A stretch of 63,196 nt of DNA, filler included, from Perkinsus chesapeaki ATCC PRA-425 (Eukaryota > Protista > Perkinsozoa), in NCBI GenBank assembly GCA_013115145.1. It is 6 parts of 6 records of this genome, joined end to end, with 100 filler letters (N's around TTAATTAATTAA, not from the genome) between each part and the next. Parts side by side here need not be neighbours in the genome. Positions count along the whole stretch, not along the records: positions 7,892 to 27,835 come from JAAPAO010000630.1; 5 more parts are not named here. One strand, given 5' to 3'. The notes under the pieces were generated by a model that did not search any database, was not told the DNA's origin, and was given only the letters and a program-made list of their open reading frames with translations. How positions within the stretch are numbered: the stretch's first letter is position 1; the number at the start of each line of letters is the position of its first letter. Shown here piece by piece: positions 9,654 through 21,349 of this stretch. Made by a program: the position numbers and the translations under genes.

Positions 9654-12623
9654 TCATTCTGCGTAAAGCCCGAGCGTGGTCGACTGGTGGTCAGCATCCT
9701 CACGCGAAACTTTCATCAATGATGATATTAAGTTCCGGAGAGAAGCCGGTGCATGATGTCTGTAGCCGGGATTGGGTTGATCAACTGAATAGCAGTACCT
9801 GAGCAACGATACGCGATTCAAAAGAATCTACCGCATATTGACGTCCTTTTTACAGCAAGGAATCTGCCGTAGCTCGAAGGTTGGTCATGAAGCTGGCAGA
9901 CATTATGGCTCCAGCGACTGCACTCATAATGGACAAGAAAACAGGAGACGGGACCTGAGACCTGTATTACGATCGCCGCAAAGGCAGGTTTGGAGAACTT
10001 GCAGAGAATAACATGTCGAGTTCACCGACGAAGTGCTTCGTAATGAAGCCTCTCTAGTTTAAAGAAGCGGGAAAGTACGATTTCCAATTAACAGACGCCG
10101 AAATTAGACAACGGGTCCGAGCGGTTGAGGAGGCGGACTAGGAATGAGGTCCGCCCGAGCTAGTTCGAATTCAGCCGCTGTAGTCATCTGTCAAGTAAAA
10201 GTACATCATCAGCGGCACTTGGCGATGCCATCACACTGAGCGGATCGCTTGAGGCGACTTGTAGCACTCACAAATGCTTTATTGGAAGTATCCATCATAT
10301 CCTCACGGCACGTTATTATCATATGCGTCACATGGCCGCTGAAGGCTGTGGCGATGGCAACTCCCACTAGTTGAAATATCTGCCTCTACGACTTCCCTCT
10401 AAGCCTTGAAAGGTAGGCTGCTCACCACTATGGTTTTGGGGAGGGAACTAATAGCAGACGGGTCAGCGTGGAGAACTTTATATGCATTTGTTCCGGCAGA
10501 AAGGAAAGGACTAGAATTGAAAGCTACGCTGATGTACCTAGGATCCAGGCAAGGTGACGTCGAGCTGACCAGGTGCATCTGCTCACGCATCTTCGCGGAG
10601 AAATCTGATAATCTTCCGGTGAGTTGTGAGACAGCAGGTTAGCCCTTTGGCGAGGACAGTGCTCATGGTACTGGTCGGCGTATCCAACGATGTGTCGATT
10701 AAGTCTAATACTAAGCGGAGTGGACGCAGGAACATAGTCAAGAGCGATCCCAGGATGATCGTCCCTGTGTGATAAACCAATCCGTTTACCAGACCGTGAT
10801 AGGTGGTGAACCAGGGAGCCTGAGGAAAATTGCTGCCATATACAGTAGAGAATGAATTACTGCATTAGTTTCAAGTCTATTCAGGAAGTCAGTCTAATAG
10901 ACATACAATGGATTTCATAATTGACGCTTAGTGGCTGCCACGAGGTTGGTTCACCTGTCTTTCCCCGGAGAGGTCTCTTGTAGCAAAATAGTAAAGTATA
11001 GTGGAGTAGCTGGTGGTGAAGTAGGACAGTGCTGAAAGGCATTCCCACACCAACCAGATGCCAAATAACCAATACACCATCATCCATCTAATCACATCCA
11101 GACATCAAAAGATATCCTTCATAATGAGCAGAATGGTGCGTACATTTCTTTATCGGAATAAGCAAAGTTTCTGTGTACCCCAGCAATCTCATGGTCGTCT
11201 ATAACAGCCTTTTCCCCAGTTATCGACCCAGCAGATATGAGATACATGAAACCGTATCCAAGCATCTAGAACAGCGGACCAGCAACAACCACGGCGACCA
11301 GCTTCCTACTGCGATCGCTGTCACCTTTATTGCGATATCAAGCAGCGGGTACAGTGCCAAGGCGGGTAGGTCTAGCATGACCGCACCTAGTAAAAGTTGG
11401 AGGCAGACCAATATGAGATCCGTTACATGCCTCCTTTACATAAGCCGAACCTAGCCTTATGCTCGACTGTGCTTTACACGCTATGATCATGAACGTGATG
11501 GCCACGGCAAATGACAGCACACCAACTATTCGAGTTAATATCATCTGAAACGATGTGCTGCGCGACGTGGCCGGTGACAATACGAGGCTACAATGTCCGA
11601 CTGGGCCACGTCAACAAATAGGGTCGCGATGGGAGACACTTCCACAGTAGGACGAGTGTAGCATGAGGCACCGAAGGTGAGGAAGGCCACCGCTGATGCG
11701 GCCAGAGAGACATTGGCCACCGCCTGATGCAGGTATTCGCAACTGAGCCAACATCATCCCCACAAACCATAGCATTGTTCTTAAGGAGAATTATATACGA
11801 AAAACTCGCCACCAGAGCAACGAGCAGACCTGTCAAGAAGATCGGTGATCCATGCCATAGACTTTCTACCAGTTATGATGGCCTTGGAGGCATTACCCAG
11901 CTCTGCTGCGTAGAATAACATTTGCTGTGCTTGGCTCGATATAGGTCCGCGCATGATCTATTATCGGAACATAGGACTAGCTCGGAGGCCCATAGTCCCA
12001 CCTGCTTGGCGAGGAAGGTGCTATTAGGCAGGCAATAGCGACCGGCAACGGATATAGTGGGTATGCCTGGTTGAGGTACTATCTCCTGCGTCAACACAGT
12101 GGCCTTCTTGTCATAAGGCGCATCACCGTTGCTAACGGTATCGACCATTGCTGGCATCGGGCACGGGAGATCCCCTAATGGATCTTTCTCAGTGGGGCAG
12201 CGCTCCACACAGATAGGATTGGCGAAGTTCATAGCGACTGGGGTGTGGGACATGTCCTCGATCCCTGCGCACCAATAGAGGAAGGGCTTCTCGAGGACCG
12301 ATGCATCGGCGCCGCACAACTCCCCTGAGATCATCTCAATCGAACAATCTACTTAAATGATGATACCCTTGTAGTTGAAACCATGAGTAATACGCCTGAG
12401 ATCCCCGTGGGAAGCAGCATACTGCCATATTATACCGAGGCCGCCAAGGAAGACCAGACCGAGGATAACAAAGGCCACATCAGTGCATCTGAGACAAGCT
12501 TCTTTGATGGGCGTGATATGGGAGATGATGCACAGACCTTCTGTTCTTCATGCCGGCTTGGCGTTCCATATCGCCGATGAATCCATGTGATGCTGGCGGC
12601 GAGCTTTCGGTGGGCAATAACAT
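9654..12623 (-). CDS. Choline transporter-like protein (CTL/SLC44 family), multi-exon
   Basis: Spliced N-terminus KNRR|CTDVAFVILGLVFLGG..GDLRRITHGFNYK|GELCG..KPFLYWC..ICVERCP..RYCLP. Also YHTGTIILGSLL..LRLVL, YISVAFNSSPFLSAGTNAYKVL, and C-terminal YCYSVD..HAPASLRNL. ATG at 12623, stop TGA at 9654-9656. Confidence 0.9.
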
Positions 12624-12737
12624 AGGACAACTTCTTTACGACTGGTAGACCCTCCTCGCTTCCTGCTCATGATAACGAGGATTGTACGGGCAACTATTCG
12701 ACCAACTCAAGCCGATTATGCCGATGAGGCATGAAAC

Positions 12738-15700
12738 TCAGTATAGTATCTTCTTGCAGTTAACCGAGCCACACTCGCATTTCATGGTCTTCCCGGCAAC
12801 CAACCCAACTCGGTACCCATAGTCATACCTGCAGCCACGAAATACACCATATACGACAGTATGGCGAGTAAACATACACAAGCTCCTCGCCCGGCTCGAT
12901 GTCTTTCTCAGCAAAGAACGCTATCCGGGGCAATCGATAGTCGTGGGTGTCCACCAAGACCAACTGTCGTGCTAAGTTCGGAGAGCAGCTATGGTTAATA
13001 AATCTACCTGAACATTGAGCGTCTCATAGTAGCCGAGGATCTGCTGCCTGACCGACGTTGCCCAAGAAATGGGCGTCCAGAGTGAATTCAGAGTTTCTGT
13101 CAGTGGTCTCTGGTGGGCCAGCTGGGGGCGCCGCGATCATGCAGTCTCCTTCGGTGGATTGCCGATATTGTTCTGCGTCCATCGACGACGCTTCGTTCCT
13201 CGACAGTCTCGCTCCTCCTGCCCCCACATTCCATCTAAGGACGCTTCAGTTGCGCGGCGGCTCACCGACTCCAGCCACTTACGTTTGTCCTACGCCATAA
13301 CGGGAGAGATCGAAGAAGTAGCCATCGCTGTACTTCTGTCCCCTCACCTCGGTAACGGCTTCCGATAGAAGCTCACCAGCGTACTCGCAAATGAAGGCTC
13401 CGGCCTAACAGCGATGACATGTAGCTGCAATAGGCGAATGAATTAGGCTCACTTCGATGGGCTCGAGGCATCTGACACCCCAACCTCGATCGGGACCGGT
13501 CCTAGAAGTGGCAATGGAAAGCAGCGAGGCTTCAAGCTACTCACCAGAAAACTTCCAGACATTTAGTGATGCCCTTTTGGACAACTCGCAATGGACATGT
13601 GTTATAGTCACAGGCACACAGGAAGTTGCATTCCACAACACAGTCCATAGTAGCCTTGAGGTAACCTGATAGGGAAGTAATTTGACGGAAATACGGTATG
13701 AAATGGCGACCTTTCCTGTTGTAGGCGCCCCAGCTGCAAAGGGATGTCTTGCCACAGTCTGAATCGCCGCCCACAGTGACTTGACTTCTTTTACTCCATT
13801 CAATATCGCGTAACTCCTTTTCCTTCGCTGACGGCTCACGATGACACCTGTGTCGAAAATCCACTCCACTATGACACACCACTAGCTTACCTGTCCCCTC
13901 GACAACCAACACATGCTCCCACACTCCGTATAGGGATCACACTCCCCAGCAGGGACCTTCCAGCCACTGTGGAGTCGATGTAGGTGAACTGCGGCATCAC
14001 CACGCGGCTTAGAGCTTCCTCCTGGTATCACCATATGTACTTGATTCTAGTCTATCGTACTACTTCAGTCTCGTCCAAGAAGACCTGGTCCACTACCAAC
14101 GGTATTGGAATGCGTTCGCGCCCTAAACTCGGTTCAGATCGGTGCACTAGAGCGCGTCTTGCCTTTGGTGATATCCTCTTTAATTGTCAGCTTCGTAAGC
14201 TCTTTGACTGGCCGCTCAGGTAGGCAGACAGAGATCGATCGACCATCCAGCAGGACGTCCTGATGAGAGCCCTAGCCAGCCAATGACCACGCTACCGCCA
14301 CGTACGCCTTCGTCCTTGACGCTTGCTGCAGCTCCAGGACGGCGTATCCTATCTGCAGGTATCTCTTCGTTCCACAGTCCGTGGGCCTTCCGGTATCGGC
14401 AATAACAAGTCTCGGGGAAGACTTCAATAACCGTAGCGTCGCGCCATTGCCGGGCAGCAAATACCTCCACTGATCTGAAATGTCTTACCGAAATAGATCA
14501 CACCAACCTCACCCGCCATTCCTCAGCCACACCGGCCATTCCGAGTGCTGCCGCGGGGGCATTGTCGGATGGACCTCATGCACCGTAGCATCAGCTTCCT
14601 CAATCGCTGCCTTCACTGGAAGTGCCTTCAAAGTCAGATAGGCAACAAGAGCCTCCAGTTGTTTCTGACCAAGCATGGAATTCGAACCCTGATGAGCTCG
14701 TTACCTCGCGTATTAGCCTCAGCAAAGGCGCCTCCCTGCCACCAGCAACACCTTCTTCCTCCTGGCAATCTGGACAGTACCACTTATCATCACTCTCCGT
14801 CAAATGACGCCAATGCTCCTCACCGAGCCATCGCGTGAGGCATAATCTGAACCGATGTGTCAGATCCAATTCTATCAGCCCCGGCAATGTGCATTTTGGC
14901 ATCTGGTAGAGTAATTAGAGATAATTCTGCGGCCTACAGATGTTTACAGAGATTTCCGAGCAGCCGCCGAGTTGCTGCTGGCGGAATTGGAAGACCGTTC
15001 ACAGAAGAAGGATGCAGCTGGCGGAATTGGAAGACCGTTCACAGAAGAAGGATTGCCTTGCTTGGTGCTACCTGCATATGGCCTTAACACAATCCTCACA
15101 CTGCAGTATCTCCCCTCCCTCTCCACACAGTCTACAGTATATCTGAAAGGATGGAGCAAGCTACGCTCTCCTTCCCACTAACGAACCACAGGCCATTCGA
15201 AAAAGACAGTATTGAAACCCCAGTAAAATCCGGACCGTTGTTTGCCCGCGCACTAACAGTGCAATAATTGGAGTTGGAATGGAGAAGCAAGGGTTACGAG
15301 CTTAAATTCACCAACGCCGTAGAGCTATCATCGAGACGCTGTTCCTGACGCGAGCTACTATTTTCCCATTAAGCATCCCCGCGAGTCGTCATCCCCAATC
15401 AACTCCGAAAAAGCGGATAATAGTGGATTCAAGCCTCTCCGTTGGAGCCAATCTTAATATAAGAGGTATCTTCTTAAGGCTAACGTATCTCTCCCAACAG
15501 TAGCCTGATATATGAGATCTAGCGAGATGCTCCAACCTCCCTTAGCGTGCTCTCCGAAAAGACAGAAGAGTTGGGTGGTGCTCTGTTACTTCCTTGACAA
15601 ACCAATAGCCCCCAAATTATCACTTCCTTCTGATCATCGTCCCTCTCCCAGCCAGTATCAATGAGCTTTCTTTGCCATTGCCCCTCGGATGCTGCTGCCT

Positions 15701-16390
15701 TAACCTTCTGTGTCAACATGCTGCCGTCAGGGTCCAAGTACTCTAGACACCTCACACATGTGCCAATATCATCAAATAAAGGATGCTCATGCAGCCGGGC
15801 TGATGACGATGACAAAAATACATTCGAAAATACATTTGCAACTTTGCAAATGTTCCTCCCCGAAGTTCCTTGGCGCAACAAGACCCTCTGTATCCCCGAA
15901 CAGCACACGTCATTCCAAGGAGGAGTTACTAGTCACAATGACTAGCTATGAAGCCCCTGAGTCTCTCGGCGATAGACGTCCCTTCCCGTCACAGCCCGTC
16001 AGCCTTTATTCAACTCACCCACTTCGCATCCACATCCACTACAGGGTAGCATCGATAGCAGGCACTCCGTGGTTAGCAACTCACGGAGCTTCCTCTGTGT
16101 CTCTGACCTGAACAACAACCCGTTGAATACGAATACTGGTAATCACTCCCAACCGCTTATGCCCAGAGATCGCTACCTCGGTCGGTCCTGAATGTGCCCA
16201 TGAAGGCTGCTAGGTCGATGAACCTCCCCGGGATTCTGAGCCTGACACTCAGGGCCCTCTCGGGCACCTCAGCGGCTATCACTGGCCTTACCTTATCTGA
16301 TGACCTTACTGTACAAGATAATCGATTCACTGGTGTCGATGACATATTCTTCGTGCTGCTGCTGTTGCTGTGGGGGGAAGTGTCGGCCAT
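12738..16390 (-). CDS. Histone-lysine methyltransferase, SUV39/SETDB1/G9a (H3K9) type, with N-terminal ATRX-like ADD domain and a Tudor/chromo-barrel-like module
   Basis: Post-[16 protein letters not shown] (stop 12738-12740). SET motifs [11 protein letters not shown]|[21 protein letters not shown]|[11 protein letters not shown] and EEL|..YDYG. Pre-SET EDITK|[32 protein letters not shown]. Tudor-like [34 protein letters not shown] elements [18 protein letters not shown] and [22 protein letters not shown]|[18 protein letters not shown]. Start codon approximate. Confidence 0.88.
14974..15053. repeat. 40-bp tandem duplication inside the intron (14847-15071) that splits the ADD PHD finger
   Basis: gctgctggcggaattggaagaccgttcacagaagaaggat occurs twice with one mismatch. 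Confidence 0.9.
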
Positions 16391-16813
16391 TTATTGGCAA
16401 AGGGAACCCCTGACCCAGTCGATACGTCCTTGATGATGTTGCTTTATCAGGCTGTATGATATGAGGGCCTACCAGGTCTGGCTAGCTACCTATTATATAG
16501 GCGTCTTACGCAGCAGTCTTGGAATATGCGAATGTACTCCCCCACACACTGCCTGACAAGGTGAACTAATTTCAGGAAAGTCCGCTCGATTTGTCATCTG
16601 TGACCGCTAAAGTGTACATTCTCCATTGTGAGTTGAGAAAGCAGGCACCCGAAGTTGCAAAGGGAGGCTGGCAGAGTTCACGACCTGTGGACTCGGGGAG
16701 CCGGTGAGCCATCGACGATGGTAGCTTGTCCGTGCATGTTCAACATTTCTCCCACATAATCTCAACTCAACACCATAAAAGGATTCACATTCTTCGTCTC
16801 CTCCACATGACAG

Positions 16814-19800
16814 CTATGTTCTAAATGATGTTTCCTCCCCTCCTGACTTATACTCACTAACATCGTCCATAGTTCTCGCCAAGGTCTGCAATGCCGACAG
16901 TCCGCCATGTAACTGTAATGATACAAAGGTCACCACACCCAAGATTCCACTGCCACAGCCGGCTACGTCAATTCTGCCTATGTCCCTCTGCAGCGCCTCC
17001 AGCCTCTTCAACTTCTCCCCTTGAACCTCCGTAATCTTCTTATAGGTGTTTGCCTCCTCGGTCAAGCGTCTTATCTCTCTTCCGTAGCCCTCCCTAACAT
17101 TTTCCAACTCCTTTTCCAGCCTCCCCTTCTCCTTCCGCAGACCGTCAGCATCACCAGCGGTCCGCTTCAGCCTGTCAAAACCAATCACCGATACCAAAGC
17201 GCCTCCTTGACAAGGAGGTACAAGGAGTCCTTGTACGGAGAAAACGGTTTAGCACTCAAACGGCAGTTCTGCAGTGGTGGACTACTCCACGGTGCTGCTA
17301 GGCAAAGACTAACGATCGGACACACCGAAGCGTTTCCTCATGAGCTTCATCCATCAACTGCTGTGCCTCCATGCTTCGCCTCTTTAGCCGGTCGTTCTCC
17401 TGTGCCAGCCGCTCCAACTGGGAGGTCTTCATCAGGTCCAAATCGGCCCTCAAACGGCATAGCTGACTCCGGAGCCAATCGCCACCCAGTGGTATGCCAC
17501 CACCCACTACCTCCTCCCTGGACTTCGCTGCCTCTTCCTGTCGCTCAGTCAGCATGACTCTGGCCTCATGCAGCTCACGCTTAAGAGTCTCCACTTGAAC
17601 CTGTTGCCTAATAAATCCCCTACGATGCGCTATGGCCCACGCAATCTATATCTTCCCTCATCTTAAGGAGTAGCTGTTCCATCTCCTGTCTAAGCGTTTT
17701 CAGCTCCTTCTCAGCTACTCGCCTATTAGCCAACTCTCGATCACCTCTTGCCACTTGCTCCGCCTGACTGCAACAACTAAGTCAATGACGGTCATGACTG
17801 CATAAGGGAGATTCTCAGACTAAACTCCCTCAAGAGGCGAGCTACTTTGGACAATTTCCCAACCATGCTTCGTCGCAAAGGAGACATTATTTACCCGCCA
17901 ACTAGAGTGCGCCGATGAATCCAATTCCCTATGTTAATTCAACTAAGTCACCCATCACCCATTCTTCACCGCTGTAGTTGAGCCCCAATTGAGGACAACC
18001 ACGACGATGAGGGTCTGAACCACCGCCGACGGTAAAATCAACTTCCTGCCTCCCAACTGCCGGGCCGTATGATGATAACATAATATACAATAAATTATAA
18101 TCCAACTTGTTATATTATACCATATATCTTACATCTATAATAATCATCAATTTCAATATAACAATCCAGCACCCCAGTGTGATGATCCCGAGACCACCTT
18201 CTCAGCTTCACTTCGTTCTAATTCCTTCCTACACTCCGCCAGCTTCACCGTCACCACCGGCAGTTGCTTCGTCTCTCCCCTCAGCTTCTCGCACTCCTTC
18301 TGGAGGACCACCATTTCTCTAATCCACCAGTTCCCTGACACGCATCTCTGCCGTAGCCCTTCCTACCGTTCAACATGAGCTAATCTTTCCTCTGCTGCAG
18401 CCCTCCCTTCTTTCACTTTTTCGTATTCTTCCCTCAACCCTTCACACTCCTCTGTGAGCTCTCTCGTCCGACGCTCCAAAGTTGTCTCGTCATGCCGTAT
18501 TATGTCTCGAGCTGCTACCTGCATCATGCACTCCTTGACTCAGATGAGCTCCATTTAAATAGGTACTATGGAGTTGAAAACCTAACTACCACACCCCACC
18601 TCTTCAAGAAGTACCGCTAGTTTTGAATGTCCCCAAACTGGCTAAAATGGTTACGTACAATTCAGCGTGTAACACTGGTGACAAATCAGTCAAAGGAGAC
18701 ATAAACCTCTACTCGCCCTCCTCCTACTCGTCGTCGAGCGGAGTATATATCTACTCCCCGAAGCCAGCCGCCCAGCCAGCTTCATACACTAATAGACCAA
18801 ACCGGTCATGTGCTTGACCGACTCATACATGCACATTGTTCTAGGTTCCTAGTGGCCGTATTAGCCCAACGTTTATCGACTTTCTATCGTATTACTACAC
18901 GCGTTTCCATTATTCTTAACGCCTTATCCCGCTCCTCCATTATAACCTTTAATGATGCCATCTCAGCCGACATTCTGAACACTGCCACTGAAGACTCTAC
19001 TGGCGCTCAGCCCGACCCCACTTGTGTAGCTTTTCGTCTCCTTGCTCTATAATGTCCCTGAGGCGTCTCTCAGCATAGACCCTTTCCGCCCATATTTTAT
19101 CAGTTTCCTCATCAGCCATCTTCAACTGTCGCTTAATGCATTCAACTTCCTTGTTTGCCCTCTCCAGCCTCGCCTCCGCCTCCATATTCCCCCTGGCAGC
19201 GGCCATCTCACCTACCACAACGACAACAACAAACAATAACAACAACAACAACAATAATAACCGCCCTACAACAGAAATTTAAACCATGTAGATCGACGCA
19301 CCGCAAACTAATAGGCGAGAGGAAAATCGTTCGAGATTTGCCATTTGGAAGGGCACTGCGAAAATCCAAGCAGAAGATGGCGATGTATTCTCGAACCCGT
19401 CACGTAGGCGCAAGTAAGCGAGCGACAGCAGCAGCAGCAGTAACGATGATGCTGTGGTGTAACTATCAGCCATGGCTCGCACCACTATAGCACCATGTTG
19501 TTGATCTAATGCTTCCATGACTGACATACTGAATCAGTATAACACCATACTCTACACTCAGCACACTCATAACACAGCTCTCGCGCCACACCTACTCTCT
19601 CGCCTATCTTCCTCCATTCCTCTCCGCAGCTCCTCTATCTCCTTTCCCTTATCAGCCAGTGCCCTCCTCAATTCCTTCACTTCATGCTTAATTGCCTCCC
19701 TTGGAGTGCCACCAGCTGGAGACGCTCTGCCATTGCTTTGCCGTTCTCCTTCGGCAGCGTCTGCCTTCTTAACCAGCAATGAATTCTCTATAGAAAGCAG

Positions 19801-20156
19801 CTGAACCTGTTGCTGCCCGCTGCCTCAACACATAATTCATCATCAACTCACCTGCTTCCGTAAACTCTCGATCAGTACAGATTCCCCTTCCACCAGCCGA
19901 GGCTTGGCGTCTGGCGTCTGTTGAATAGACTGGCGAATCATAGTCAACACTACTCGAGTGGCATAGCCCTACTCCTTCTGCAATGTACATTGACAACGCA
20001 AAGGCATTGTGATGATTAGTAGCACTGATCTTAGCCTAAAAGCTCTCTCGCTAGGCCTGGTTGGCTCATAGCATGACGAAAGAAATACCAAAGTAATACT
20101 GCCGGAGATACCGCTCTTCTCCTCTTTGGCGGCGGGGAGCCTTGCCGACCCCTCAT
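16814..20156 (-). CDS. Long coiled-coil protein of unknown family, multi-exon
   Basis: Successive E/K/R/L-rich heptad exons (LKRELHEARVMLTERQEE, EARLERANKEVECIKRQL, IKHEVKELRRALADKGKEIEELRR). Candidate ATG at 20156 (MRGRQGSPPPKRRR, NLS-like). 3' end approximate. Confidence 0.7.
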
Positions 20157-21349
20157 AACCTCATCTACGCACTACTAGAGACTAAACCACATAGAGACCG
20201 AAAAGTGATATTATTAGTAGAATAATTTCGCTGCACTGACAAGAGGCCATCGGACAGGAAGGCGGCTATGGATGATCTCACGACAATAATAATGATGGCT
20301 AGTAACGAGAGCATAGGGACTCAGCGGTGATGATGATGCCTCATAAGTCATCACTAAGACGGCAGAGCCTATGCGGAAAAATAAGGCATCTCCTTGTGTA
20401 CAGCCACTCTAGTACAGATAAGACCATAGAAAGGAGGTGCATAGTTTGACTAACGTTACAACAAAAACATAATGATAGTGGTGATCTAACGCTGATGCTG
20501 CTGCTGGAAAGGGATACGATTCAAGGGTCTAACATACATATGCACCAGCAACAGCAGCAGCAGCACAATGACGGCAAGTAGCAGACGGTGGTCATCTTAG
20601 ACGCCCCGATTTCAGCCATCTTGTTGTATCTTATCAAGTGTTACATAATAACAAATCACTATCATCAAACTTTGACGACAGGCGGTAATGGGTTCTGGTG
20701 TATCATAACAACAACAACCATGGCAAGAATGACGAATGATACACTTTGCAGCTCTAAAAGAAGGAGTTGCTGGAGAGATCACTCCCAATAGGACAGCAAC
20801 AACAACAATAATAATAAGCCAGGAGCCAGCGGTAGTTGACTACGACGATTACACGAAGTCATCTCGACACTTACGTCCGTAAAAACGATAATGGTATCAA
20901 ATGCCTAACTACTGCTCATCAAAGATCTCTACCGACACATCCTATGCTAATAGTCTCCTAATAATATATAACGGTAGGGATGATGAGTAGACTGGTTGAG
21001 GACTGCTAGTCTTGAGAAGGAGGAGGATAAAAACGATGAAAACTAGTGTAGTGGTGGTAGTAGTAATGAATAAGTGTAGAAGGAGCAGTGGCTTCGTAAA
21101 TAACAACAACAGCAACAGCAGCACTGCTCCATTTGCTTGATAATAGCTCAGGATTCACCACTAGGAAAACTACCAGCAGCAGAACAGCGGCCATGATTAT
21201 CGCTATGTCGAGCGACAAGGCCGGCGGCGGCAAACGATTACGGACTGCTAGAACAGCACAATCATAATGGTACCAACTATTTTCTAACTAAATTACGAGA
21301 AAAATAACGTCGGTTACAAATACCAACACAGACAGACTTTCGATCAATC

